Shown in pieces: positions 1 to 10,279 of a stretch of 50,597 nucleotides of DNA. The notes under the pieces were generated by a model, which worked only from the letters and a program-made list of their open reading frames with translations, was not told the origin of the DNA and ran no database searches. Source of the stretch: a virus (taxonomy: Duplodnaviria > Caudoviricetes); the IMG/VR virus record IMGVR_UViG_3300021964_000106, positions 1-50,597 of that record; one strand, written 5' to 3'. Numbering within the stretch: position 1 is the first letter of the stretch; the number at the start of each line of letters is the position of its first letter. The translations under genes and the position numbers were made by a program.

Positions 1-31
1 TCCCATTTTCAACTTTTGCAAAATGACTCAT
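1..31 (-). CDS. 5' fragment of a fibre-associated accessory protein (paralog of 49201..49560), truncated by window edge
   Basis: Reads MSHFAKVENG vs MSHFAKVEDG at 49560; ATGA overlap with the stop of 28..810, same as in the other copy. Confidence 0.8.
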   Translation of the reverse strand, partial: MSHFAKVENG

Positions 32-810
32 GTCGTGTAACTTCCTGACGAAGTGTATGTAAGAATTGTGTTAGCACCTGATACGGTAACAGTTGGAGAA
101 CCTGTGGTAATCCCACTGTAACTTGAAGTGGGCATTCGTAATATCACAACACCTGATGCGCCAAGTTGACCATTGCCCGCAGTGTATGCCCTACCATCAC
201 CGCCATTGCCTGAGTTTGCTGGCTGTAGGTCAGTTTCTGGGTAATAATACCCATCTCCCCCTCTTGCATAAGTCACTGCTGTGCCTGTAATGTCATTAGC
301 CAGCCCGTTTGGTTGCGCAGTTCCCAAGCCTCCAGCACCGCCACCAGCACCTGAAGCATAACCTTGAGGATTTCCGGGGCCACCTGCATACCCTTGCCCT
401 GCTATACCGCTTCCGCCAATACTTGCTGAATTGAAACCTGCATTACCGCCACCTGAACCACCAGAATTACCGCCACCCGCTGAAGCCTGTCCGCCTTTGC
501 CACCTCCGGTTGACATAATTGACCCAAAGTAGCTGTTAGTTCCATTTGAATTGCTACCACCGCCCCCAACCGTTATGGTGTATACAAGTCCCGGGTCTAC
601 TGTTACAGCCGACTCAGTTGTTCCCCCACCCCCTGTAGGCGTAACGCTTGACCGTAGTCCACCAGCACCACCGCCACCACCACGAGTAGTTTGGTTGAAG
701 GGGCTATAACCACCTGAACCGCCCCCAGCAAGAACCAGATAATCAATATCATAAGGCCCAGCAGAAGCAGAAGCATTGACCCCAGCAAGTAAAGCAATTA
801 CTCCTGACAT
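28..810 (-). CDS. Glycine-rich tail fibre / receptor-binding-type protein, copy 1
   Basis: 260 aa with LVLAGGGSGG, GGGGGAGGL, YTITVGGGG and GASGVVILR motifs typical of phage Gly-rich fibre domains; lies in tail module. Confidence 0.75.
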   Translation of the reverse strand: MSGVIALLAGVNASASAGPYDIDYLVLAGGGSGGYSPFNQTTRGGGGGAGGLRSSVTPTGGGGTTESAVTVDPGLVYTITVGGGGSNSNGTNSYFGSIMSTGGGKGGQASAGGGNSGGSGGGNAGFNSASIGGSGIAGQGYAGGPGNPQGYASGAGGGAGGLGTAQPNGLANDITGTAVTYARGGDGYYYPETDLQPANSGNGGDGRAYTAGNGQLGASGVVILRMPTSSYSGITTGSPTVTVSGANTILTYTSSGSYTT

Positions 811-1142
811 TAGCTAACTGCTCCTGCAATAACGCAGACTGTGCCAGAGATAAAAAAAATAGAGCATAGTCCACGAGTGGCTAGTGTGACGTTTGCAACG
901 TCTGTGTCTGCTCCTGATATGTAGGCTGTCGTGATAGAACAAGTAATAGTTATATCACCTGTTGTATTGTTAAAAATATTAACTACATCGCCTTCACTAA
1001 AAGTAGCGTCAGGTATTGTAATGGAACCACCCGTACCTACTTGCACATACTGGCCTACATCATTGTTAGCCAATGTATAGCTAGATGTCTTTGTGCCTAC
1101 GGGGGCAACTATCCTATCTGCAATGTCTCTTGCGTTACTCAT
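810..1142 (-). CDS. Short fibre/adaptor beta-sandwich protein, copy 1
   Basis: Likely start MSNARDIAD at 1142 (ATGA overlap with upstream stop); ITIP..TFSEGDVV.IFN motif; TAATG coupling to 28..810. Confidence 0.65.
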   Translation of the reverse strand: MSNARDIADRIVAPVGTKTSSYTLANNDVGQYVQVGTGGSITIPDATFSEGDVVNIFNNTTGDITITCSITTAYISGADTDVANVTLATRGLCSIFFISGTVCVIAGAVS

Positions 1143-1726
1143 ATCTGTATCCACCCTGTAGTATTGTCTTCCTGATATGCGTCTTCATCCCAGTACGCTT
1201 CACCTTCTGGTTTAGGCAGTGGTGCGTTCCAGACAAATGCTGTGCTGTCGTAAGTCCAAGAGTCGTATGGTGACTCGTCAGGGCTTTCAGGCAGTGCGTT
1301 ATCCGGGAAGCCAGCCTGTGCAGGCACATCGCGTAGAGCATTCCTGTAGTTCTCGTAGACAGCCTTGTCATCAGTTGACAGTGGACTGTCAGGTAGAACC
1401 GCCCAATCAGTTTTAGCCAGCTTGTCATTGCGCTGGATGCGCACATTAGCCCTTTTCCCAATTAGCTCATTGGCAATGGCTTCAGGGGTTCTGTCTATAA
1501 TACTAAAAGTCTGGTAGGCAACGCCATCGCGTACTTCTATGACATCTTCAATGACCTTCTCGGTAGCTGAGTCATAGGTTGGTTTTGTGTCATCTGTCAG
1601 TCTGACCAAGTTGAGAGAGGCCAGTGTCGCGTCACTGAAGGGTAACGCAAATGAAGTGTTAGGATGGGCTTTGACAACTTGCCTCTCGCTAACTACTGTC
1701 TGTGATTCTGTGTTGTAGTATCTCAT
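1139..1726 (-). CDS. Tail fibre assembly chaperone-like protein
   Basis: R..RNDKLAKTDWAVLPDSPL...YRNALRDVPAQAGFP motif of phage tail assembly chaperones; directly follows the lectin-fibre gene. Confidence 0.8.
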   Translation of the reverse strand: MRYYNTESQTVVSERQVVKAHPNTSFALPFSDATLASLNLVRLTDDTKPTYDSATEKVIEDVIEVRDGVAYQTFSIIDRTPEAIANELIGKRANVRIQRNDKLAKTDWAVLPDSPLSTDDKAVYENYRNALRDVPAQAGFPDNALPESPDESPYDSWTYDSTAFVWNAPLPKPEGEAYWDEDAYQEDNTTGWIQI

Positions 1727-1734
1727 TGTGTTAC

Positions 1735-4182
1735 CTATCGTGCGTTTGAATATTTGAATGGGTTTTCTGCGAATGCCATGTAGATGTATGTAGCACCTGA
1801 TGCGTTCTGTGTACTGCTTTCACCTATACATTTAAACCCGTTAGATAAGAAGTCTACTCTTGTACTAGAGTTACCTACTTCTGCGCTACTTGAGTTAGGA
1901 TATAGCCATTCTTCTGCGGGGTTATATGTATCTCTTGCATTATCCATTAAAACCCAATTATAGCCTGAGGCATCTGTACGCTTCGTCATTATAAAAGCAG
2001 GTCTAAATCCGGTGTAGATGAAGGGGCCATTCCCGCTAGTGTCTCCATTCCCGGTATAGCTTCCGAAGGAACTGAAGCCTTCTTTTTCTGCCCATATATA
2101 AGCAACATTGTTGCTATTAGCTAGAGTAGAGTAGCCAATATTAAAACTCGCTGTTGTACTAGATACACCAGAAGGCCACATAGTGTAAGTACCTGTACTT
2201 GCAGCCATATCACTATTTAACGCAATGTATGAAGTTGTCGTACTAGCGAATGATTGATGCCATGTGTACCAGCTATAGCCTGATGAACTTGTAATTTTTA
2301 CAGTAACCATTGCAGGAGTAGCCCCAAGTCCATGACCTACTGTGAAGCCTCCTGATGCCGGAGCAGTAAATGTAACTATACTAAACCCTGCATCTGTATT
2401 TGCAGACACGTTACTTGTTATATCTCCGTCTGTGTTACTTGATGCAGTGCCTCCAGCTTTCCATGAATAATTAACAATACTGCTTCTGTTAAGTCCGGGG
2501 TGACTATCTATCCGATAGCCGTCAGTAATAAAGCTATCAAACTTACCCGTGCCAGATTCTTGCGCACCTGTGTCAAATCCTAATGACCATCCATCACCAC
2601 GATTGCGGTCAACAATAATCCATCCATAGCCGTTTTCATCACGGTTCTTAAAAATACCCAAATCAGGGTCAAAGCCTACGCCCGTAATATCTCTGTCGTT
2701 AGTGCTGTTGCCTTCATAAAGCAGTACGTTAAGCTGATCTTCTGGAAGCCCTGCCACAGCTGTATCGTCTATATTAGGCCCGATAGTGGGTTCTGGTAAG
2801 TTGGCTGTGGATAGGGCTAAGTGGTCTGTTGGGGGTGTGTAAGTTAAGGGTGTCTGACCAAAGTTAGTGGTTGTTTGTGAATTGTAATAGTTTGCATTAG
2901 ACATATAGTAAATGGAACTTGTCAGTCCTGTAACTGTGCCTTGAAGCGTTCCATTTTTATAAAACGATATTTGTAAGTTATCTACATCTAATGCCACACC
3001 TATAACATCATTGGTTGTAAATGTAGCGTAAGTGGCAACACTAGACCCTTCCTTATAAACAGCTCCATTCCTAAAATAACCAACACCACCACCAGTAGAA
3101 TCACCAGTATATTTACCGTTAGACGGTTGCTGAATAATTCTTGCTACACCAACACACGGATAAGACGCGGCTGAAGAAATTGCATTTATTTTTTCTTCCC
3201 AGTACCACTTACCTGATGTTACGGCTATTGTTGAATAGTCAAGGCTATCCTCTGCACTATTATTTCCAAAACTTACCAAATTACCATCAGACAATGTAGT
3301 TCTTGCAGAAGAAGCCAAAGGATTTAACGTAGCAAAGTTATTAGTAGGCGTATCAATCAGCTGATCTGAGCTTGTAAGCCCTGTAGAAGTATAGTGATTA
3401 CCATTGCCTGAAACGTCCTTACCTAAATCAGATGAATCTGCAAAGTCTAAGTAAAAACCTCCATTGCCATAAGAAATACCAGAAGGTTCTACAGGAATCC
3501 AAACACCGTTTTTAAATTCACCAAATTTACTTATATCATAAGCAGTACCATCTACAGCGTGTGCTTCTGCTAAATAAAAATCGTGACCGTAAGTTGAGTT
3601 ATTAGCTAGTGCAGGGCTAATGTACATACCCCATGCGCTATTTGTGGTTGTAAATAAATGCCAATCTGTATTTTGTGGTGTTTCTGCTGGCTGATCGGTA
3701 GTGGTGTAAGGTATCGGCACTCCGTTTAAATAGAGTTTATACCTATCGCTACCAGTTGAAAGTGTAGTATCTACAACAACATATAGATGATACCAAGCTG
3801 AAAAGTCACGCTGTTGTGAAATAGTATCTGCCCGCATTAAGTATCTTGGGGTTGGGGTGGGGCGATAATCCTGAAACTCCCAAGAACCTTCTCCATAAGG
3901 CGAATAATTACTGTAATCATAAATAGCAAACGTCGGATAACCAGACGACATTGTGTTAAAAAAAATACCAAGACCAGCTTGATGTATTTTGTTTACTTTC
4001 ATCCAACAAGAAAAACTTAATTTTTGTGCATCTGTTGGAGAACTAGCTAAAGCTGTTGATCTTGAAAGATACTTACTAGATGTTCCCTGTATCCGCACAG
4101 AGTTATCTATCGTGTACGGGTAGAAGTCACCACTGACATTTCCTGCTGCACTTTGCAGTGCTGTAATTAACTCATTGCTCAT
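1735..4182 (-). CDS. Receptor-binding protein with ConA/LamG-like and SPRY-like domains
   Basis: [16 protein letters not shown] (LamG-like), SGKWYWE...[17 protein letters not shown] (SPRY-like), [12 protein letters not shown]...[12 protein letters not shown]...[11 protein letters not shown] end. Confidence 0.8.
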   Translation of the reverse strand: MSNELITALQSAAGNVSGDFYPYTIDNSVRIQGTSSKYLSRSTALASSPTDAQKLSFSCWMKVNKIHQAGLGIFFNTMSSGYPTFAIYDYSNYSPYGEGSWEFQDYRPTPTPRYLMRADTISQQRDFSAWYHLYVVVDTTLSTGSDRYKLYLNGVPIPYTTTDQPAETPQNTDWHLFTTTNSAWGMYISPALANNSTYGHDFYLAEAHAVDGTAYDISKFGEFKNGVWIPVEPSGISYGNGGFYLDFADSSDLGKDVSGNGNHYTSTGLTSSDQLIDTPTNNFATLNPLASSARTTLSDGNLVSFGNNSAEDSLDYSTIAVTSGKWYWEEKINAISSAASYPCVGVARIIQQPSNGKYTGDSTGGGVGYFRNGAVYKEGSSVATYATFTTNDVIGVALDVDNLQISFYKNGTLQGTVTGLTSSIYYMSNANYYNSQTTTNFGQTPLTYTPPTDHLALSTANLPEPTIGPNIDDTAVAGLPEDQLNVLLYEGNSTNDRDITGVGFDPDLGIFKNRDENGYGWIIVDRNRGDGWSLGFDTGAQESGTGKFDSFITDGYRIDSHPGLNRSSIVNYSWKAGGTASSNTDGDITSNVSANTDAGFSIVTFTAPASGGFTVGHGLGATPAMVTVKITSSSGYSWYTWHQSFASTTTSYIALNSDMAASTGTYTMWPSGVSSTTASFNIGYSTLANSNNVAYIWAEKEGFSSFGSYTGNGDTSGNGPFIYTGFRPAFIMTKRTDASGYNWVLMDNARDTYNPAEEWLYPNSSSAEVGNSSTRVDFLSNGFKCIGESSTQNASGATYIYMAFAENPFKYSNAR

Positions 4183-6728
4183 ATAGAGTTTCCGACATAT
4201 GCACCGTAAAGAGTGCTAGATACTTTCCAGAATACCAGCGTGTCTGCTGCTGTTAGGGTAGGCGCAACATTACCGCTATTTGTTACCCATGTCATAGTAG
4301 GCCAAGTGATCGTGTAGCTTCCTGCATCTGTAAGTATCAGCACGATAGCGTCACCAGATGACAGCGAGTCAGTAAATGTAGTGTTGGCTGCTATTGTCTT
4401 GGTTTGTATTGCCCCGTTGGTAGCGTCAAAGGCTGTCCCGGTTAAAGCGTAGACCGTGGAGCGTATTGTCTTGTTGGTCAGTGTCTGGGTGTTGGTCGCT
4501 GTGGTTGTATTGGCATCGTAGCCCTGAACCGTTACACCAAGATCAGAAGTTGTTAGAGCATTAGCAACATTGAATGTTTCAAAGGCTACTACTTCAATCA
4601 AGTCACCTGCTGCTGCACCTGATGCTAGAACAATGCTTGTGCCGTTTGTAGCAGTAACGTCAGTACCGACAATTAACTTAACACCATTCATGTAAACATC
4701 AACATAACCAGCAGTGTAAGCAACAGTAAATGTAGTCTGTGCTGCTGTAGCAGTAAAGTTAGTTCTTACATAGGTATATGAAGGAATGTTTACTACCGCC
4801 CATGAAGCAGTAGTTCCATCAGTTGTTAGATAGTAACCAGCGTTACCTGTCTGGCTTGGTAAGGCATCAACATTACCAAAAGATATTGTGCCAGCACCGT
4901 CAGTGATAAGTGCCTGTCCAGTTGTGCCGTCAGATGTAGGGACTGTAAAGGTGGTAACAAAAGACTGTAGGTTGCTGTCAAAGGCCAGTACAGTGACACC
5001 GATGTCTGCATCAAGAAGGGTTGTTGGATCGTTAACTTCTGCGCCTGTAGCAATGCCAGCAAGTTTAGTTTCTTCGGCAGTTGTAAAAGAAGCAGTGGTA
5101 GCGTCCAGTACAGCACTGTGGGCTTGTACGTTCACACCAATGTCTGCATCAACTAATATCGTTGCATCGTATCCTTGTACACTTACGCCTATGTCACTTG
5201 ACTGTAATGCTGAGTCAGCCAGTGTACCTTGTGCAGCAGTAGCAAATGCTGTGGCTTCATTGCCATCAAGTAGGTCAGCGTCTAAGCCTGTACCTGCCCC
5301 ATCAACTGTGAGGAGGGCTGTAAGTATCTCAGAGGCTGTTTGGTCGGCTGTAGCACCAGCTTCTATTGCATCTAGTTTAGTTTCGTCAGCTGTAGTAAAA
5401 GAAGCTGTAGTGGCTGCAAGAACAGCAGAGTAAGCCTGAACATCTGTGCCAATTTCTACGCCTAAATTAGTTCGGGCAGCAGCAGCTGTAGATGCGCCAG
5501 TACCACCGTTACCTATCTCAAGATCAGCACCAGACCAATCAGTATTTGATATTGTACTGGCTGTAGCTAAACTGCCTAATCCTAAAGATGTTCTTGCTGT
5601 TGAACCAGCCTCGGCTACCCAGCCTGTAGCTGAACCTACAATAAAGTTACCGTCTGCATTTGATAGTCCAGCAATAGTAGTCAGATCTGAATCTAATGCC
5701 TGTTTGTTATTCAACTGAGTCTGGATATTTGATGTAACACCATCAGTATAATTTAATTCTGTAACTGTAGCTGTAATACCATCAAGTGTATTTAACTCAG
5801 AAGTTGTAGCTGTTATACCTGCTAAAGTGTTAAGTTCAGCACCAGTAGCGGTAATACTAGTGCCAGCAAAATCAATAGCATCAACATACGCAACACCATC
5901 AATATAGATGTCTTTCCACTCGGCTCCTGTTCCTCCAAGGTCATAGGTGTTAGTGGCTGAAGGAAGAATATTTGACGCAACATCGGCAGCAAGGTTAATT
6001 GTGTCTGTAGCAGCATCACCAAAAGTAAGATTGCCAGATATTGTCGCATTGCCTGTCACCGTTAAATTACCACCAACAGAGATGTCGCCTGTTGTAGTAA
6101 CAGCATCTAAGTAGGCGTGTGACCAGTAGTTTGAACCGTCACCAAGAGTGTATGTGCTATCTGCACTAGGAATAATGTTTGAAGCTACATCTGCGGTAAT
6201 AGTAAGTGTATCTGTAGCTGCATCACCAATAGTTACATTGCCATCAAAAGTAGCTGCGCCTGTAACATCAAGTGTGCTAGAAAGAGTTGTCGCGCCTGTA
6301 ACGCCAAGAGTTGTACCTACAGTAGACGCACCATCTACAGTCAATGTATCTATAGTTGCTGTGCCGTCTAAATACAGATCTTTAAATTCTAATGATGATG
6401 TACCTAAATCAATATCATTATCAGTTACTGGAACAATTGCACCATCTTGAATACGAATTTGTTCTTCAGCTGCGCTACTTACTTCTACGTAAAAACCCCA
6501 ACGGTTATTAGTGCTATCAACTGCAATTTTATTTAAGAAGTCTTCATCACCAATAACATGAATGTTACCGCCCTCGCCAGACGTACCATCATGTCTGTGT
6601 CCAGTTGTACCACTACTTGCATACGAAAATGCATTTACTAGCTGATTGTATTCGTCATTGAATAACGAAGCAGTAATAGTATCGCCATCTGCAAATGTAC
6701 TTTGTCTAGTGTAACTAGTTCCAGCCAT
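4179..6728 (-). CDS. Main tail fibre protein
   Basis: 849 aa, Thr/Ala/Gly-rich; N-terminal anchor [32 protein letters not shown]; internal DIGVxVQ(A/G)Y repeats; follows nozzle gene. Confidence 0.85.
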   Translation of the reverse strand: MAGTSYTRQSTFADGDTITASLFNDEYNQLVNAFSYASSGTTGHRHDGTSGEGGNIHVIGDEDFLNKIAVDSTNNRWGFYVEVSSAAEEQIRIQDGAIVPVTDNDIDLGTSSLEFKDLYLDGTATIDTLTVDGASTVGTTLGVTGATTLSSTLDVTGAATFDGNVTIGDAATDTLTITADVASNIIPSADSTYTLGDGSNYWSHAYLDAVTTTGDISVGGNLTVTGNATISGNLTFGDAATDTINLAADVASNILPSATNTYDLGGTGAEWKDIYIDGVAYVDAIDFAGTSITATGAELNTLAGITATTSELNTLDGITATVTELNYTDGVTSNIQTQLNNKQALDSDLTTIAGLSNADGNFIVGSATGWVAEAGSTARTSLGLGSLATASTISNTDWSGADLEIGNGGTGASTAAAARTNLGVEIGTDVQAYSAVLAATTASFTTADETKLDAIEAGATADQTASEILTALLTVDGAGTGLDADLLDGNEATAFATAAQGTLADSALQSSDIGVSVQGYDATILVDADIGVNVQAHSAVLDATTASFTTAEETKLAGIATGAEVNDPTTLLDADIGVTVLAFDSNLQSFVTTFTVPTSDGTTGQALITDGAGTISFGNVDALPSQTGNAGYYLTTDGTTASWAVVNIPSYTYVRTNFTATAAQTTFTVAYTAGYVDVYMNGVKLIVGTDVTATNGTSIVLASGAAAGDLIEVVAFETFNVANALTTSDLGVTVQGYDANTTTATNTQTLTNKTIRSTVYALTGTAFDATNGAIQTKTIAANTTFTDSLSSGDAIVLILTDAGSYTITWPTMTWVTNSGNVAPTLTAADTLVFWKVSSTLYGAYVGNSI

Positions 6729-6734
6729 TTTCTT

Positions 6735-8330
6735 TTATCTCCTACCCGAGGGCATATAATCTATATATAAACCATTTACTGAATATGCAGCATTGTTATC
6801 ATTGCTTGAAAGTCTAAAACTAGCTACATGCCCACTCCCCTGTAACGATTGTCTTACTAACGGGTCTAGCGAACCACCAAATACATTTGTTCCAAATAGT
6901 GCTGATCCAAACAAAGATGGAGTCTGTACTTCAGTTAGTACATAATCAGCTGGTTGCGGAATAGTTGTATCTTCGTAATTAAATCTTACACGCAAAGACG
7001 GCTGCACTTCGCCTTCGGGACTTAATGAAATTTTTGCATAATGTAATGTTTTTAATGTACCTGCGTCACCAAAGTCTAGGTTCGGTGTCTTGTATCTTGC
7101 TGATATACTTTGAGCTGACCCTGACTGATAAAAGTAATTACCACTATCATGCTCGTAAATATAACCAGAGTTATCCCCATGATATGTTTTTTCAACGCCC
7201 GTGCTTAAAAATGCAGATGAAATTGCGGGAGCTTGTATACCTTCTGTTTCAGACCACTCAAATCCATTTGGGGTTAATGTTCCAATTAATCCTTTAGATG
7301 CTGAAATAGCTGATCCAGTAGGTGTATAAAATAATCTGTACTGGGATTTGTTTCTTAGTACCACACTGCTTATAGTGTAGTCAGTTATGCTAGCAGCTAA
7401 GTCTGCAACAATAGACTGTACCTGTCTGGATACAGAACTTAACTCAACGTCACCAATACGCGCTGTTGCAGCTACAAGACGAATACCGTCTGGTGCTAAG
7501 AATAAAACATCACCACCAATTTCTTGGATGCTATATCCACTTAAACAACCCACGTTAGATGTAATCTGTGAAACAGCTACAGATGCTGCATCATTAATAT
7601 TATCTAATCTATGTATTGTGTTTTGGCAAAAGATATACAAAGAATCACGGAAACTTTTTATACCTACAATTCTATCATCTATTGTTACTGAACCAGAACC
7701 AGTACCAGTAAAATCTCTGTCATCATTTGTTTTACTGTAGTAAACAGTTGAAGGCGCATTTTCAGCATCTACAATACAAATATGTTTATTATGATTTTCA
7801 ACATATTTACCAGCAGCAGGTGCGCTTATTTCTTCGTAGATAAATAATCTACTTGCGCCTGTACCATCAATATGAAAATGAGCTACCTTATCTGAACCTG
7901 TTGCAATAGTTACTGAGCCATATTCGCTATCTGTATGACCAGTAGGCGCACGCATAATTACAAACTGAGCTTGGCCTTGGTTAGGTCTATCCAGTTCTGC
8001 TTGAGAATTTAGATTAGCTTCAGTAACTCCAACATGACCTGTATCTCTGTTTATCTGCGTCCATGTTGTGCCGTCTTCGGTATAATATATACTTGTGTCT
8101 ACACATACGATAAGACCGAGTGCATAAGGGAACACGCCATGAATTCGTGATGCACCTTCTGGTCTAGTTGTTCCATAGTTAGCGTAACCGTTTATACGCC
8201 TATAGCCACCATCAGGGTCTACTTCAAAATTAATCAGCTGAGTAGCAAAGCCCGGCTGCTGAAGCATATCAAATTGGTTTAGGTTAGTGTTTAACCCGCC
8301 CTTACATGAAAGACCAAATGGTTGAGACAT
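6735..8330 (-). CDS. Tail tubular protein B / nozzle (P22 gp10-like stabilization protein)
   Basis: 531 aa, beta-rich; GGLNTN, NFE...GGYRRINGY, VGC...SIQEIGGDVLFLAPDG motifs; position after adaptor. Confidence 0.75.
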   Translation of the reverse strand: MSQPFGLSCKGGLNTNLNQFDMLQQPGFATQLINFEVDPDGGYRRINGYANYGTTRPEGASRIHGVFPYALGLIVCVDTSIYYTEDGTTWTQINRDTGHVGVTEANLNSQAELDRPNQGQAQFVIMRAPTGHTDSEYGSVTIATGSDKVAHFHIDGTGASRLFIYEEISAPAAGKYVENHNKHICIVDAENAPSTVYYSKTNDDRDFTGTGSGSVTIDDRIVGIKSFRDSLYIFCQNTIHRLDNINDAASVAVSQITSNVGCLSGYSIQEIGGDVLFLAPDGIRLVAATARIGDVELSSVSRQVQSIVADLAASITDYTISSVVLRNKSQYRLFYTPTGSAISASKGLIGTLTPNGFEWSETEGIQAPAISSAFLSTGVEKTYHGDNSGYIYEHDSGNYFYQSGSAQSISARYKTPNLDFGDAGTLKTLHYAKISLSPEGEVQPSLRVRFNYEDTTIPQPADYVLTEVQTPSLFGSALFGTNVFGGSLDPLVRQSLQGSGHVASFRLSSNDNNAAYSVNGLYIDYMPSGRR

Positions 8331-9100
8331 TAAATAAATACCACTCTATCGTCTTTGAAATATGATGGGGTAGGATCAAGAAGATTAGAACGCATGCTTC
8401 TTAGTCCTTTGTTGTAGTCATCTAATGCAAAAGCAGCAGCCTGTGGATTATCTTTAAACTGCCAAATGTAGTATCTTGCCCTAGCCATTAAGACGGGCTT
8501 GTATAAATCTGGAAACACTATTGTGTCTGAATATGCAGATAGCTCTGTTGGTAGATCCCAAGCATAAAACCAAATACGATAGGTTTGCTTAGGAATTGGA
8601 CTTAATCCAAACTTACGAGAGTCTGGACTACGAATAACAAAGCGGGGTTCTCCCCAAGCCTGTGTATCCGCATCGTCTGCATTTTCTGCGGTACGTCTAA
8701 AATCTTTCCACTCTTCTGTAGTTAAGAATTTTAAATTTCTTGAAACGTATGGAGCAGTTTCACCACTAACTCCAATTGTGGTTACATAAAAAGTATCCCA
8801 ATCAATTGAGCCATAATCGGTTGTTACATCTGAACTGGCAGCTTTTAGTTCGTACCAGCGTATACCCGCAGTAGTTTCAGCATATACATTACCATACATT
8901 GGGTCTGTTGCACCGCTTTCCGCAGTAGCAAGAAAAGGCCACTTAGGTTCATAGTTAGCTATGTCTAAGTAACCTCTATTAATACAATCTTTAGCATGCT
9001 GCTGTATGCCCGTAGCTGAAGCAAAGTTAGCAGAAGTTAATGGGACTTCATTTAATTCACGCAAAAGTTCATTTGTGATAGTTAAAAATGTTGCTGCCAT
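8330..9100 (-). CDS. Tail tubular protein A / head-tail adaptor
   Basis: TFLTITNELLRELNEV N-terminus and FGLSPIP motif; position after capsid gene. Confidence 0.75.
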   Translation of the reverse strand: MAATFLTITNELLRELNEVPLTSANFASATGIQQHAKDCINRGYLDIANYEPKWPFLATAESGATDPMYGNVYAETTAGIRWYELKAASSDVTTDYGSIDWDTFYVTTIGVSGETAPYVSRNLKFLTTEEWKDFRRTAENADDADTQAWGEPRFVIRSPDSRKFGLSPIPKQTYRIWFYAWDLPTELSAYSDTIVFPDLYKPVLMARARYYIWQFKDNPQAAAFALDDYNKGLRSMRSNLLDPTPSYFKDDRVVFI

Positions 9101-9222
9101 TATTTATCCTTTTTGAATATACGATCCCAGTTTTGTGCATACTGTTCACGCGACACCTGACTTTTGCGGGGTCTGCCCCTGTGTTTATTTCTAGCTTTTA
9201 AATTTATGCCTTTCTTTCTCAT
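9100..9222 (-). CDS. Small basic protein, 40 aa (NWDRIF motif)
   Basis: Hand-translated MRKKGINLKARNKHRGRPRKSQVSREQYAQNWDRIFKKDK; TAATG overlap with adaptor start; motif shared with 33250..33402. Confidence 0.55.
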   Translation of the reverse strand: MRKKGINLKARNKHRGRPRKSQVSREQYAQNWDRIFKKDK

Positions 9223-9250
9223 AAAAAATGGGGGCAGTTTCCCACCCCCA
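9223..9250 (-). terminator. Intrinsic terminator after major capsid gene
   Basis: Minus strand TGGGGGTGG-GAAA-CTGCCCCCA-TTTTTT: GC-rich stem, GNRA loop, U6 tract. Confidence 0.8.
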
Positions 9251-9265
9251 CCTTCCTATCAACTA

Positions 9266-10252
9266 TTAGTCAATAATGTAATACGCACCGACCATTGCTT
9301 CGGGACGTAATACTTTTACACCGTGAACATGAAGACCACGAACGATATCACCGAAAGATGATGGATCGCGGATTACTTCAGTGTTAACGATAGTCTGTGC
9401 AGTAGCAGTAGCAGACATATGACCAGCAAGACAGATACCTGTGGCATTTGACTGTGAAGGCATATTGTTAGTCTTGTACATGCTAAAGCCACGCAGCTTA
9501 CCTTCAGCTACTAGACCATTCCTGATGGAACCCTGTCCACCATTGTAGTCTACTGACAGCAGTTTAGAATCTGTCTGAGACAGTTCTTCATAGAAGTCAG
9601 GAGAAGCTACAAAGTAACGACCTTCTTCAGGTACGCTCTGCTCGTCAAGAAGACGGGCCATACGTGCCATAAGATCCAAAGGATCGGTTTCACTAGCAAC
9701 GCCAAGGTCTACTGCGCCAGCACCATCATAAACACCAGCACCAAGAGCAGTCGCAGAATCAGCACCAAGGATGTGATTCGGGGTAGCAGCGGAAAGACCA
9801 GCAACCATTTTGGTAAACACATTTTCGTCAAATGCATCACGCAGTGAATAAGCAGCAGAAGAAGCTGCAACTTCACGCCAGTTTACATGAGACATGTTGC
9901 TTTCAATATCATCAACGATGAACTTGAAGGCGTTAGCTGTGTCAACGACCAGAGTAACTTCCTGATCTGTCAACTTGGTTGATGTTACATCCTGACCACG
10001 CTCGTACTGATAAACAGTAATAGTTGGTTCTTTGATGATTTTTACAGAATCCCCATAAGCGGAAATCTCACCAGCGTAGTCAGTGTTAGTGACTGCTTCA
10101 GCAACCGCTGCCTTTCGGAAGAAGTTAAGTACCTTCTTACTATAGACGGCAGGCAGGAAGAATGAATTGGTTTGACCACTTACGGAGTTACCAAAGTTAG
10201 CATCGGTATCTGTACTCGGTTCAAAAAACTGATCGGCCTGATTATAAGCCAT
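9266..10252 (-). CDS. Major capsid protein
   Basis: FLPAVYSKKVLNFFRK..V...TNTDYAGEI...GDSVKIIKEP and FGDIVRGLHVHG.KVLRPEA motifs; GAGG RBS; follows scaffold; followed by terminator. Confidence 0.92.
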   Translation of the reverse strand: MAYNQADQFFEPSTDTDANFGNSVSGQTNSFFLPAVYSKKVLNFFRKAAVAEAVTNTDYAGEISAYGDSVKIIKEPTITVYQYERGQDVTSTKLTDQEVTLVVDTANAFKFIVDDIESNMSHVNWREVAASSAAYSLRDAFDENVFTKMVAGLSAATPNHILGADSATALGAGVYDGAGAVDLGVASETDPLDLMARMARLLDEQSVPEEGRYFVASPDFYEELSQTDSKLLSVDYNGGQGSIRNGLVAEGKLRGFSMYKTNNMPSQSNATGICLAGHMSATATAQTIVNTEVIRDPSSFGDIVRGLHVHGVKVLRPEAMVGAYYIID

Positions 10253-10279
10253 ATTGAATTACCTCAAAATTAGACAAAA

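Noticed and set aside
28-810. Diversity-generating retroelement (template/variable repeat pair with 49557..50339)
   Set aside because: Differences are not adenine-specific (e.g. GGG vs GCG), both copies are intact genes, and no reverse transcriptase is present.
1-1142. Direct terminal repeat or assembly overlap with the window end
   Set aside because: Copies differ at many positions and lie in tail genes; a terminal repeat or circular overlap would be identical.
4888-6450. Plus-strand ORFs 4888..5433, 5446..5718, 6148..6450
   Set aside because: Antisense shadows of the Ala/Thr-rich fibre gene, without RBS or recognisable motifs. The same applies to antisense ORFs over portal, terL and the giant protein.
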